DNA of 64,000 bases, from assembly GCA_030704615.1 (NCBI GenBank), contig CM060731.1:43400001-43464000 (forward strand), given 5' to 3'. The DNA is from Takakia lepidozioides. Its lineage: Eukaryota > Plantae > Bryophyta. The notes below the pieces were generated by a model. That model was not told where the DNA came from, did no database searches, and worked only from the letters and a program-made list of their open reading frames with translations. The position numbers and the translations under genes were made by a program. The stretch's first letter is position 1. Every line of letters begins with the position of its first letter. Positions 39,668 to 53,039 of this stretch are shown here, one piece after another.

Positions 39668-40605
39668 TCTATATCTAGCTCTATTCCTGTTTCTAGAACT
39701 CGTGAAGTATAATGACTTCCTTCTCTTTCTCCTCCGCTGGAAACAAGGGCTCCCCACGATGCCCCTGGAGCTCTCCAGTTTGACGTTTGCAACAAGTTCT
39801 GGTATCGCATGTAACAAAAATAAAAATGGACGTTGTCAACCGTATTTGGATGCGGGTGTTGATATTGTGTGCGAACGGAATTCATCCATTTTGTCGTCTT
39901 TGTATTACCCAGCTAATAAAGCGCGAAGAAAAAGAATATCCGTTGCATGCATTTGCGATATATGTCAGATGTGCTTCGCCGCCTGCCAATACATGGCGGC
40001 CTCCTTGCCTTCTTCAATTCGAATGCGCCGTAGAAATGTAGTGCTTTTTCAATTCCGAGCAGTTCTTCCAGATTCGCAATAATTGTTATGCTTCACATAT
40101 GCATCCACGTGTGTTGTGCTGCATGCCCTGTGGTTTTTTTTTATGCCGTGACCGTCCCCATGGGGTCATTCGGTATAAAGGATTGTGTCGGATATGACCA
40201 TGTGTTGCACACATTCGTGCGAGGTATCTCTTGAAGTGTCGGTGTTTGTTCTGTGCTATTCTGGCGCAACACAATCTCATTACAATCGGATCTTCCTGTT
40301 TACTGCTCTCCAGGGTTGTTGCCGTCATTTCATAATGGATGGTTTCATGTCAATTCAGGGTTTGTTTTCCATCCAAAAACAGTACGGCTTCTTGTGGCTC
40401 TGGTCTTTCAAAACGGTTTTCTGGTTGGTGGGAGGTGAATGTGCACGTCATCCCTACATCCTTGGCATGCATCGCCGGCAGCCTTGGTTTGGTGCTACCC
40501 TTGTTGACCTCAGTTTGCTGGTGGTATTTCCACTTTCGATAATTACGGGCTCTCAGTTCGGGGATTTCCGTTCTGCATCGGCAGTTTCGTTCAGTGCTGG
40601 AAAAC

Positions 40606-43600
40606 ATGTCGAGGGAGCGAGATGCACTCGCTCGATTCCATTCCAATGCAGGTACTCTTCCACTGACTGCCACTGCAGACGACGATGGGTATGCAGTTGT
40701 TCATGAGGATGAGCTGGTTACAGTGTTCCCGCTGGAGTTGGGTTCTCTGCTTGTTCAGAAAGAGGTGTATGACGAGGATGGGAATTTGGATTCTGGGCAC
40801 TTGGAGAAACCTTGGTTGGCGAGTGTGGAAGGAAGTGGAGAGTCCTTCCAGGAACATACCGTGTCCTTGGAAAAGAGAGAAGACAATCAGCAGGATCAGT
40901 CGTTACCCCCCTGGCACTGCAGCATCGGTCGTGCAACAGAAGGGCACAGTTCCTGTGAAACAAGAGGTGAGCACATCCACTACCTTCGTTACTCTTTTCG
41001 GACTCGTCCTCGGAGATGTTTCTGAGATTCCTCCGCCAGTGCAAACTCCTTATTGGATGATGACGAATTGCGCGAGATAACAAGTGTCATTCCAAAATTG
41101 AAAGCCCTCGCAGGTGTGCCTGGGTGCAAGAGCGAGCTACGTTTTGTTGATTGGGAGTCCCTTCCAGTGCAACGTGTTCAATACGTGCCAGCTCAGTTTG
41201 ATGGGGACATCTTGTTTGAGCTCAACCCTCCCACGTCTTCCAGTGGACTGGCTGGGCTTCTGCAGGGCATGGACAAGAAACATGACGGACATCCTTGGTG
41301 CAGGACAAAAACTTCGAACATCCATAACGACATTGGCTTGAAATTTCGGAGGTCGGTTTGCGTTGGGCATTGCAAGTGCCTGAATATTTCTTGCCCTCGG
41401 CTGAGAAACAGCGCTCAGCCAAACGAAAGTGAGTGGGAAGGTGTGCCCCTGAATCCTTTCACCCCAGGGCTTGCACCTCCCAATACCAATACTTTTGTGT
41501 GCAGGTTCTGCAAACTTTCCCCGTCCTGTGTTTCTGTTTGCCACGCTCGTATGTATCAGGTGGCACATCGATGCAAGACAATGACTCGTGCCTGCATTCA
41601 TATGGGTGCACACGAGCATCCTGTGTCCAAAGGGAGTTGCAGGGATAGCGTGGACATCGCTAGAAATCTACTGAAGCAAGAGTTCCATAATGCCCTTCTG
41701 CAACACCTTCTGCTATAGCGCTTGCAGCTAGCAAGGCATTCCTGGAAAAACACATACTGGGTGAAGGGGATTCGACACAGCCAATGCTGGATGCAGATTC
41801 CTCCCTTGAGGCAGTCATGGACCATTTCTCCGTGTTGAGCTCTCCCAATATTCGAAACCAGGTGAATGCACTCAGAATGGGCACAGGCACTGCTGGATTC
41901 CTGGACAACATTATGGACCTCAAACGGAGGAGTCGCTATGAATTCATTCAAACAGTATGTTCCCTGGCCAGGGCTCGTCCAAAGTGTATTTGTTCAAGAT
42001 GTCCGCTGTGGGCCAGGCAGTGGTGTGAGCATTGTCGCCGAATGCAACCTGGAGGAGATTTGGCTAAATGTTGGTTAATGTTTGATCACTGCAAACGGGT
42101 GAAGGGTTGGACAACCATGGCGTGCCATGTGTATGATCCAGCGTACCAGCGTGTGCTCTCCATAGCAATTTGTGATATGCAGTCGGAGGACACTGAATCC
42201 CAGATGCTCATGTGGAAGTCCCTCCTGACCGTCATGCAGCGCAATGGAATACAGAACACAAACTTGCGGGCTTCATGGCTGATAGTGCACAGGCAAATTT
42301 CAATGCAGTGGGCGCGTGTTTGGTTCTGGGGATCCTAAGGTCCCATGGAAAATAGGAGCGCACATGCCTCTTCCATTGGAGTCAATCTCTGGCACGTCAT
42401 ACAAAGCGCTGCATTCGCCCTGACCTTCAGTTGGAGCATAGAAGGCTCTGTCTGAAGTACAAGAATGCCACCTCAATGGGAGAAGCAGAGAGCACTTACC
42501 AGGCAATCCGGGCTTGGTGGTTCTCCGCTGGTGCTGCTACAGGTATCCACCTGAAGGAGTTGGAGGACTGGTTGGTTTTCTGGCACTTCAGGTACAGACA
42601 GTGGGGAGCTTTTCATGACGACGGTAAGCCTCACAAGTTTTCCTTAAACACAAATTGCACTTTGCATCGTACCTGTTCATTTGGGGTTGTTCGATTGTCA
42701 CTTGAATAACCTCTACCATTTCTTTTCCTTCCTCACATTTCCATGCAATGCCTCCTGCAGGACATGTCCTTGGAGGACTTGGCCGACATGCCATCGTGTA
42801 ATTTGGCAGAGACTGTTCACAACGCCTGGATGCAACAGTCTACCAAAGCAGGTCGTGACTTGTATGTGGCCACTGCTGATGACATGGTGCGGGCACTTAC
42901 ACAACAAACCAGGTACCGCAATTTTCGGATGGGACGGGGTGGAGGGAAGGGCCCCGATTCGACTTTGTTGATGCTAAGGGCTGCGAGTAGGTCCGGAGAC
43001 CCGTCAAAGATGGCCAGAGCTCTAAACAGGTGCACTGAAGGTTCCCCTCTGCAATCCAGGCTCCCCATTTGGAAGGCGAGGAAAGATTTGGATCATGCAA
43101 AAGGAAATTAAACACTCTTCCAGGGTCAGATGGAGATTCCCATAGGCCAGACAGGGTCAATTTCTCTGTGCCAAAGTGTCTCCAGTGCAGACTAAGTCCT
43201 GTGCCGGCCCTTCCCAGGTGGGTCCTCCTCCTGTGGAGCAGGTGCGGAACATGCAAGCATAGCAGCGGAAATCCCATTGGAGGAGGTGGTGGCCATGGTG
43301 CAGGAATCTGATTGCATTGATAGTGACTGGCATATAGAACGCACCCCACCAGGATCTAGAGTGGCTTGCATGGCAATTCGGACCCCTCTTTCAAGAAATG
43401 CAAATCAAAAATATGCAAAGGCTCCAGGTGGACTCCAGCTCCAACATTCACAGGGTTGTTCCGACCTTATCATAGTGGGGAGTCAAAAGAGCACAAGTTT
43501 TGGTTCTGCCCAGACGATATGGCACGATGCGTGAAGGGAACAGTTCGTCCTTCCGTGATAATGAAGCCCCCTCCCCCCGCAATTTGGCCTGTGCAAATTG

Positions 43601-44165
43601 GGACATCGCTGTCCTCAACCGAGATAAGCATGCTGGAGGGAGGGTTTTGTCTTGCACGGTCCCGGGTGGTGCCCTTATGCACTGTCGGCACAGATGTGCC
43701 ACATGCTCCGACAATGCCTCCACCCGGTGCCAACTCCCACCCAACAAAAAGAGATGGAAAAACAGTGCGCCGTGTTGCTTCGGGTGCAGATCACGAATGC
43801 AAGATGGAATCGGCTAGAATTTTGCAGGCTACGGTGGCTCGTATCACCGAAGTCCCTTCCCCGGGGTATGGACGGATTTACACAGTGCTATCAATTGGCT
43901 CAGTTCTTCATGCCAAAGAATATCAAGTTACCATTGGGAATTTCCCATCGTGCACCCTTGTCCGGATTTTGTAACGATGCGTGAGGGCGCTCTCGGCATG
44001 AGAGGGAAGTGGGTCCCCTGCAAGCATCAAATTACATATACCTTGTAATTATGTGTTGCGACGGTAAGAGAGACCAATTCATTCACAAGCCACACTAGGC
44101 TACGGAGAAGTCATCACCCTTCTGCAGCGGGACACCCGCGTAGAGCTCCGCCAACTTCTCTTTGA
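40606..44165 (+). pseudogene. M2 MULE-type transposase, multiple 1-bp frameshifts
   Basis: Near-identical to the M1 transposase in fragments (41053-41718, 41784-42338, 42743-43111, 43366-43974). Confidence 0.9.
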
Positions 44166-46281
44166 ACACATACGAGCCATGCCGCTTCCCATGCTGGTTT
44201 CCAGGTTGCCGTGTGAAGACTTTTCATTTTATGACAAACATATACATTTCGTTCACTTGTGAGGGCAAATGCATTGCGATTCATTGTAAGCGTCTCTCTG
44301 TGAATTGAAATAAACGTGTCAATCATTCTGAGCTCAAATCTGACATGTTACATATTCTCTTTTTTGGCACGCATTGCAGACATGGTGCATGGTGGCCTCC
44401 TTTGTTTTGTCCACGGTAATAGGCCTCTTCCTGCAATCCTCGCCTATAGGACCTGCTCTCCAGCAGATTCATGCCGCCCGCTTCCCTGAAGCGTGAGCTC
44501 AGCTCACGCTTCAAAGCTTGAACGTGAGCTCAGCTCCCAGGCTCACGGGGCTGGGCTCACGCCGTAGCTACGCAGGCATTTGATGAGCGTACTGGCGGTG
44601 GGTTTTTTCCTTTTGCAACTTCTTCCTTCCGATGCAGGTGTTTTGGTTCTCATCCAGTCCATCGATGTTCGGTTGTCGCCGTGCCCTTGCCAGCTATTTG
44701 AAAGCCTCGGGCATGAGAGTCGTGAAGACATGGGAATTGTGTGAACAGCATGTACCTTACGAAGGGGGATCGTCCGGGAGAGATGGTGAGTTTCCCTTCT
44801 TCTTCCTCTTCTTTTTGTCTGGGATTGTGTTGTATAGGTCGCTCGAACTCATATGTAGGGGCCCGATTTTATTTGGTTCTTAGTTCCTTGTGGATGTCAT
44901 GTTCGCAGACTCGTCTGTTTGAAGCTTTGTCTCGTCCGGGTGCATCCACCAACGACTCCGGCCGGCATTACGGAGTTTGCCATCACTCACGGGGGCAGTT
45001 CATAGATGACAGGACAGATCCTCCCACGGGATGACATGCATCACAACTACGTCGACAGCAACTTGTGCTTGCGAAGGGGGAATGGGGTTCCTTGGAGAGG
45101 GGCGAGGGAGAGGAGCCCGGTTTCATTCAAACGATTGTGGAGTGCTGCACCTACACAGACGCCAGAGTTCTGGATTTGTCGATGGGCACAGGTTCGTCTC
45201 TTCAACATCACATTTCATGAGGTTTGATTGAGCTTGCACTTTCAGCACTTTCCACCGTTCCGAATGTGTTTCAATGTCTGCTTACTTCATTCTATTCCAC
45301 TGCAGGTGCTTCGTACCACGCTTGCAAGGCCAGTGCGCGACATGTCTTTGGGATTGAAGGGATGCTGAGATTTACAAAAACCTCCTGATGGGTTTTGGGT
45401 GGACACATCTCAGGTCCTTCCGAAGCCCCGTCCCGCTGATACTGGTACAGAGGAGACTTCTGACAAGGAGCTGGACTCCGACTTTGCCTGTGAGTAGTTC
45501 AACCTGGCATGCTTGCATTGTTGTTTCAAATATCGAGAATCGCTGTTCTTGAGGGCAAAGTGCACATGGGAGACATCCTCTTCGTTGGACTTGTGCATTG
45601 CATCATTGTGTTAAAAATGGGATTTTGTGGACATGTGTAGGAGTCCGCGTGCTTCCACTTGCCCTCCTGGGCTATCACACCTATTTGGACTTGTTTTCAG
45701 TCCTCCTCGGTCTTGTGTGCTACCTGTCTATGGGAGGCACTCGCAGCAAGCATGTCCGTTCATGGCACTCAGAGTCCACCTTGCGATGGCCTTCGTAGAA
45801 CACGTGGTGTTGGGGCCAGAATCTTTGTAGATGACATAGCACAGGAGGTGGACATTGATTGTGATGACTGCGACACTTGATATGAAGTATTCTTTTGGTT
45901 TAATTCTGGGACAAATTTGAAATGGGATGGTTGTGTGTCCTTATTGTCCTCTTTGCAATGTGTGCGTGGAATTCACATTCATGGTTCCAAACTATTGTTG
46001 GAGATGGGGGTTGCATGGACTGCCCGGATTGTTCCTTCAATATATTTGTTGTTTTGTGGACCTCACAGACTTGAGTACATTGCAAAAACAAACAAACCAC
46101 TTTGTTCTCAAATTCTCAATTCTCCCCACATCAACCGCGGAAATAGGTGACACCACTCGGAAATAGTGACATCCGCGGAAATAGGCACTGTTTGCAGCTG
46201 ACGTGGCGTGAGCCTGTGCTGGGCTCACGCTTTCCTGGGCTCACAGGCTCACGCCTCCAGGCTCACGGAATAGCACCCCCC

Positions 46282-48340
46282 GAGAGGTCTGGGCCTGAAT
46301 CCAGAGAAGGGTCGTTATATGTGTGAACTCAAGGGTGCTTCTAAGACAACATTGTGTGTAAGAAGGGACTCCTTGTGGATCCCATAAGACAGAGCCATTA
46401 AAGCCTCTCTCCACCACCAGTGAATGTTGAAGAATCTAAGGGATTCCTGTGGACAAACCAGTTATTACAGAGATTTTAAAAAAGGTATGCACAAATAGCA
46501 AGCACCATTGAGCAAACTACTGAAGAAAGATGCAGTGTTTGCCTGGACATCTAATGTCAACAGGCGTTTTGGGAACTTACACTGTCAGTAACAACTACAC
46601 CTGTGCTGATTAACCCCTCACTGGCATGTAGTATTTCATGTCACTTTCACTGCGATGCATCAGGAGAAGCGTTGGGAGCGGTGTTCACCCAGAATGTTTA
46701 ATAGGAAATATAGATTCATCTGTGTACTTATGCTACCGTTTGATGAACATTGCTGAAAACTATATCACAACGGAAAGAGAAGCCTTGGCAATGATCTATG
46801 TAGTGAATAAATTCAGGCATTACCTGCTAGCAAGAAGTTTATTTTCTATGTGGATCACCATGCTCTGATATACCTGGTAAACAAACCTCTGATAAGCGAA
46901 AATAGCAAGATGGTTGATAATCTTGCACGAGTTTGAGTTCGAGTTGTTTCAAGCCTGGGAGACTGCATCTTGTGGCGGGATCACTTGTCACGGTTTATCA
47001 ACAGGATACCACCCAGGAATAGATGATCAATACCAGATGCGAGTCTATTTGCAGTGGAGGTGTATGGAATTGCAGAAAATTACTGGTTTAGATTGGCAGT
47101 GGCCATCAGTACTACCTTGCTCATGGTCAGTTGCCCACCTAGTTATGGTAAGGAGCGAGGAAGAAATCCTATCAAAGCTTTACCTATACTATGGAGGAAG
47201 CAGAATGTATAAGCTAGGACCTGATGGAGTCTAAAACGATGCTTGTACCACCATGAAGTAAATAAGTTTTGAGGAAGTTTATAAAGTTGGCTGGAGGTCA
47301 TTTTGGAGAAGAGACTACCAGTAGGAGATACTAATGCCCGGTTACTGGTGGCTACTTTGTTCAAAGATGTACACTAGTATTGTCAGAGTTGTTGATGAAT
47401 GTTAGAGGCTAGGACCTTGCAGAGATCTGGAAGGATGGCCTTTGCGCCTACAATGCGCTACGGACCATTTCAGAAATGGGGACTAGACTTTGTTGCACCA
47501 ATCAACCCACCAGCCAAGAATAACACGGAACAGGTACATAAGACAAACTACAACTACAGCCATGATTATATACTACAAAGTGGGTGGAGCTAAGCTTTGA
47601 GGACAACACAGCCAAGTCCACAGCAAGGTTCCTGTATGAGAACATACTTACACGATTTGGCTATCCCTTAGAATTTATCAGTGATCAGGGAAGTACTTCA
47701 TGAATGAGACCATTGATTTTGTGGACTAAAGAATTTATGATTGTGCATAGAAAAGTACAACATATTACCCACAGGGTAATGGGCAGGCGAGGCTACCAAC
47801 AAAATACTCGTACTATCTATCTTGGCTAAGATAGTCAATGCAAACAGAACGGATTGGGATACAAAGCTGCTAACAGCTTTGTGGTCATACAGGACTTCAT
47901 ACAAAGTCACCACTAAGTATACACCATTCCAAGTAGTTTAGGTATGGAAGCCTTACTTCCAGTGGAATTCCTGCTTACCTACCATGAGAACGGAGTGGGG
48001 ACAGAGAATGGAATTGCAAGATTCATATTAAGGTCAGGAACATGAATTAATACCATGTGGAAAGTACGTGCTGATGCAGCTGATAATATGACCAAGATTC
48101 AGATGAAGATGAAGGAACAGTTTGATGAAGGCAAGTTAAAGACTTTTAAGACGGGGATTTTGGTTCTATGATTGCAGAAGAAAGGAGATTAAAGCTTCTA
48201 AGCTTAAATCACCATGGAAAGGACCTTATGTCATACAAAAGATGTATGATAACAACACCACCATGTTACAAACCATTAACAAAGAAATGTTGGGAAGAGT
48301 CAATGCCAATAAGTTAAAGGGATACAGTGGTATCCATGAC
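46282..48340 (+). pseudogene. pol: R1 Pol 3' part: RT end, RNase H, integrase (heavily frameshifted)
   Basis: YITTEREALAMIYVVNKFRHYLL, GPFQKWGLDFV.PINPP, TKWVE, SDQG, WKGPY-type motif near 48215. Confidence 0.9.
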
Positions 48341-48469
48341 AAACCCTTGCAGCATGATTTGCATGTTGAAACGCAAGAGCAGTCACGGGCTGCACCAGTG
48401 TTACCAACGAGTATGGAGCACTTGTCGCTAGGCCAAGCATATATGACAAGGGCGGGCGTACAAGGCGAA

Positions 48470-48780
48470 GCACAGCCTATCACAGCCCATCAAGGCGAAG
48501 CACATCCTATCACAGCCCGATCAAGGCGAAACACAGCCCTACACAGCCCATCAGGCCAAACAACAGCCTATCAAACACAGCCCATCACACACGTGACCAC
48601 ACTATCACACTTACCACAGTACAACACAGCCTATCACAACCTATCACAACGTGACACAGCCTATCACAGCTTACCACAGTACAACACCGCCTATCACAAC
48701 CTACCACCGCGTGTCACAGCCTATCACAAACACCGTACCACAGTATGACACAGCCTGTCACAGCTCAACATAGCCTACTA
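48470..48780 (+). repeat. Short tandem repeat (CACAGCCTAT-rich, ~30/60-bp periodicity) downstream of integrase
   Basis: Repeated ACACAGCCTATCACA / TTACCACAGTACAAC blocks. Confidence 0.8.
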
Positions 48781-49399
48781 GGGTTACACAATCCATAGAA
48801 TCAGTGACAGGTGGACACACAATAACTTCAGGAAGGCTGACGGAAGAAAAAACGGAAACCAGTTTAAAAATAGACACGTGGAAGTCGGGGCGCGACACAC
48901 AGCTGAGAAGGAAGTGCAAGAACAGGTGTCATAAACGAAAGAGGACAAGAACGGCCGTCAAAATGGATGAAAGGCGGGTCCATTAATGAATACGGAAAAA
49001 GAGGAACGGAACAAACGGCAAGTACAAAAAAATGAAATTATTGTCACATGTGTGATCCTAGTGGACTATCCAGCAGGGAAAGTCCACTAAAGAAAATGAA
49101 ATCTAAATTCCAGTCACAGCAGATACAGCCAATAGAAAGCCAGAGAAAGGATCAAGAAAATGGAGGGAAATGACGCAAGAGTCGGCGTCGTTCTGAGTAA
49201 CGGGCGTCTCGACGGGACAGACCATCAATGCTATAGCTTGGAAACTATGGAGGAACTAACAGACTATACGCTCGCAATATTACTTACGCAGTGGCAAGAC
49301 ACGAAAGAACAGAGCGGAGCTTTTCTCTTGAACGATGCTTGCAATCTCCACAGGCTTACAAGAAATTACCCATAGCTTTTTGTGGCAACCATACGTTTA

Positions 49400-52300
49400 T
49401 GCTTTGTGCACTACAGGCATTTCTGCAGTTGTTACAGCCAAAACAGTTCTGTGAGTCTAAAATGAAGAGAGTGAGAGGAATGGAGGAAATCAGGTGAAGA
49501 GCACACAATTCTGCAGAAACAAACGATTGCTACCCCACAGGCGATACAGATACTGGAGTAGCTGAGATTGCAAGGATTGCAAAGCATAGATTGGACATTA
49601 CACCATAGACAGTACATGTTACAATTTTTCAGAACTTTGAGCCAAGGACAGAAACAACAACGGTGAAGGGAGTGAATTAGTGATTACTCCCCTATACCTC
49701 CAGCAATTGTTTTGATTGCCAGCAGTCAGTGCATGTGGACGAACACGGGCAAGACTGCAAATAGGGGACTTATTCCAAGAAGGGAGTTTCTTTAAAACTC
49801 AGGGTTATGCTTGTACCAGGCTGTGTACCCAGGCTAAGGAGGTAGGCCAGTATTGAACGTTCTGATTGCCATGAAACAGAACCAACAGTATTTGAGCAGA
49901 TCCTTCACGGAGGAAATACTCAAAGCCCTGAAGGGACAAGAGGTACATGGGCGGACATAATGTACAACGCACTGGTGGAGGAGATGAAAAGATTACAAGG
50001 TACTACGCAAAGTCTCCTATCATAGTGTCTGGCCCAATCATTGCTCAAATAATTCTTGATTCTGGCATACTTGATGCGCAAGAAAGAAAGGAGATGGGAG
50101 TGTTTGAGCCAGAAACCACCACTGCAATGGAAGAGCAAGGCTCTTCACACAGTGAGGGTGGACTAGCAGGGTAACCCGAGACTAAGAGGCAGAGACGGGG
50201 AAAGACTGTAGTGGCGGATCCACTAGCTTCACGGATTCCGCATGATAATGTTTCCCAAGCTCATGTGCAGGAAGGGGCACAGCAGCACAGAGAAATGCTA
50301 TTACTGGAAGCAGGACCTTCAGAGAGGGAGGAGGAAGTTACTTCAGTATCACAACCATCACAGCCAGCTGATCGGCTTGTCACAAGGTCACAAGTTGTCC
50401 ATGCAGCTCAACCAGAAATAATTGATTTGGAAGAGAAGGGTTAGATATTCCAACTACAGAACAGATAGTGGCAGAAATGGAGAAGGGGGACCTTCTCTAT
50501 GAATATTCTGGTCTGGTCAAGGAGACAGAGATTCCAGAGGTGCAACAGTTGCCCAAGGGAAATCCTGAGGTGCATATAATACGCACACCTATGTCGGAGG
50601 TACCACAGGCAGAAGGTCATGACACTGTAGCACCGGTAATAGATGAAGTGGTTCAGGAAGAAAATCTGGTGGGACAATGGCCTGAGTGGTTTGTGAGACA
50701 TCACACGGTTGAGGATCAGGAGGAACAGCAGCAACCTCACCATGATGACCCTCAACATGCAATGCTGATGAGTTCCATAGGCATGACACTTAATTTGTTG
50801 GGGACTTATATCAAATCCCATGTTCCAACTAACCAATTGACAGCCTTGAGAGAGGAACTCAGGAAGGAGTTTGAAGCTCGACTAGCCACTGAGTATGCAA
50901 ACAAGGTCGATGAAGAGCTCACTCTCAAGATGCAGGAAGACTTGGAGAATACAGAAGCGGCTTTGCAATTGGCCAAGGAACAATTGATTGAGGTAGGCCT
51001 CGCGCAAGACTAGTTGCACGAAGCACATAAGCAACAGCTATACCAAATGCAGGTGCAGCATGAAAGCAAGTTGCAAGAAGTGAATGCACTACATACGGAG
51101 TTGCAGACAGTGCATAACAGGATCGCGATACAATGTGCTACATTCACAACTATGTTTGACCAATCTACAAAAGAAATAAACAGTCAAGCGGAAAAATGTA
51201 CGAAGGCAGAAGAAGAGAATGTTGAGCAAATGAAACTCATTGTCGATATGAAGAATACAATCTGTCGCAATGAGGATACTTTCAAGCAATACAGGTAGGT
51301 TGAAGCTGATCAAGAGAAACACATCGTGGAGTTGCAACAAACGCTCATGGCCAATAGAACTGAAATCACAGTCACTAACAAGGCTTGGAAGGAAGCTAAT
51401 AATCTACTTGCTGCTTATGCAAATTTGGTTGAACCTCATGCAAAGCGCATGGAGGCTTTACAACAGCAGTTAGAAGTGTACAAGCTAAGAGAGGAGCAAA
51501 CTCTCAGGGGAGCCACAAGCAACTTGGTGGATAACAGCCTTATGCAGGTCTGGTTAGCACAAGGGCCAGTAGAGGGCAAAGCACCACGAAAGCTCACCCA
51601 AAGCGAGATGAATGAGCTCAGACTACAAGTGCAGAACATTGCCACAACTACTATAGACAATGTCTATAGTAGGATAGCAGAGTTACAAGAGGATGTAGAC
51701 GGACTGCAGACTCAAGTGGAGGACCTCACTTCAAACATCGACAAAAGAGTCTATATCCCTCAGGAACAACTAATGGCTTCTTATTTACAAGCCAGAACTT
51801 TGGCTTTTCAGTCTGCACAGGAGGTGCAGGAAATGCCAATGATACAAGAGCCAGTACCACCACTACCACAACAAGTCACTATACCAGTAGCTGAACCTAT
51901 TGTTACTACAACCACACCGCAGCCACCACAGCCTGAAGTATGGGGCAATGCTGCTTTTAACCCACCTAAAACTCCAGCTGCAAGGGAGTACAGTAGGGCT
52001 ATGATTATGCCCTTCAACCAAATTCCCATCATGTTGGATTTGGCTTGGAAAGAATTTAGTCCTCCGCAGTCATTCGCACATTACTACCAAATCATGCGCA
52101 TTTGGCTGCCAGTGACAACTAGGACTAAAGTTCTTCCGAACAATCGACCAATTGAGGATCATCACTTTGCACAGTACTGGCACGAGGCAGGTACCATGTT
52201 GAGGGAATTAATTGCTTTCCAGGTTGTACATGGACTCATTTATACCAAGACCAAGGAGGTAGCAAGTATTGTCATGGGATGCGGGTTATATTACACTGCT

Positions 52301-53002
52301 TGTTTTCTGGTACGTTATCACATTGAGCAACAAAAGATGCAAGCGCGCTTTTTGAGTTATTCCAGTGGGGATCATTGGGTATTACCTTCGGTGCCACCTC
52401 ATATGTACCTATATGACGCAAAAGTTATGATGCAAAAGGATTCTCAAATTCGTTCATGGTTTCAAGCGGCCTGGAACAATTTGTCAACACAGAAATTCGA
52501 CATTGATGATAATTTTTATAAGGGACATGTGGCATGGAAATACTTGCACGCTGCACCAGTAATTGGTACCCCACTCACCTGGACAGACAATGAGCTTTGT
52601 GTCTACACCAATTTTGCTGTTCAGCGGTTACAGCAAGTTGTAAAATATAAACTTCCAGACATGGTAGGACAACATTGTATGCCCCAGAGGATTCCACAAA
52701 AAGTTCGAAAACTAAAACACCTAAGAGACGATGAAGATTCTGATACAACTGTTTCTTCACCGAATTCTTTTGACATGGGAGAAGACTATGCAATTCAGAT
52801 GGCAGAGAAGAAGCGACGGGGGTCTCCTATGCCTGAAAGCTTACCTCGATATCAGCCTCCAGAGGGCCTCACTTATCCAGGTAGTGATCAACCATCTCCG
52901 TCAACCAGAGACAGACCTCGGGCTCGTACACACAGTCCGCCACGAAACTCTCAACGTCAGAAAGGTGCTCACTCACAAAGGTTTGCTAATCGCAATCAGT
53001 AA
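49400..53002 (+). pseudogene. Long sense-strand extra 3' ORF of R1 (fragmented; coiled-coil centre, Pro-rich linker, aromatic-rich C-terminal domain)
   Basis: ORFs 50468-51013, 51014-51298 and 51326-53002 share one frame separated by single stops. E/Q/L heptad-rich. Degenerate upstream part; start uncertain. Confidence 0.7.
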
Positions 53003-53022
53003 CCGTGAGGACACGGCTTTTT

Positions 53023-53039
53023 AAGAGGGGAAGGGGTAA
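53023..53039 (+). promoter_or_regulatory. Polypurine tract of R1
   Basis: AAGAGGGGAAGGGGTAA immediately before the 3' LTR. Confidence 0.9.

Larger units (their letters stand above)
29240..44575. mobile_element. Mutator-like transposon M2 (15.3 kb), same family as M1, inserted in inverted orientation inside the M1 methyltransferase exon
   Basis: 9-bp TSD GCATTTGAT at 29231-29239 and 44576-44584. Termini are the reverse complements of the M1 termini. Confidence 0.95.
17128..45497 (+). pseudogene. M1 ParB/Srx-like plus beta-class amino-methyltransferase fusion gene, disrupted by M2 at 29239/44585; predicted intron 1 = 17442-26439
   Basis: Acidic/NLS-like exon 17128-17441 (AAG|GTAAAA donor) joins in phase to TTGCAG|GAG at 26440. 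VWDGNHR ~26880, LDIPDG ~29165, VLDLSMGTG ~45170. Confidence 0.8.
12194..46281. mobile_element. Mutator-like DNA transposon M1 without long TIRs (~18.7 kb excluding nested M2)
   Basis: 9-bp TSD GAGAGGTCT at 12185-12193 and 46282-46290; removal restores RT (RMRGLGLNPEK). MULE-type transposase. Ends CAGCGTAGCTAC... and ...TAGCACCCCCC with clustered CGTGAGC motifs. Confidence 0.93.

Noticed and set aside
29240-46281. Inverted duplication as an assembly artefact, or as giant TIRs of one element
   Set aside because: Both elements have their own perfect 9-bp TSDs and distinct SNPs and array variants, consistent with a true nested insertion.
12194-46281. Helitron or CACTA classification
   Set aside because: No Rep/helicase motifs and no CACTA ends; the 9-bp TSD with DDE, CxxH and SWIM fits Mutator.
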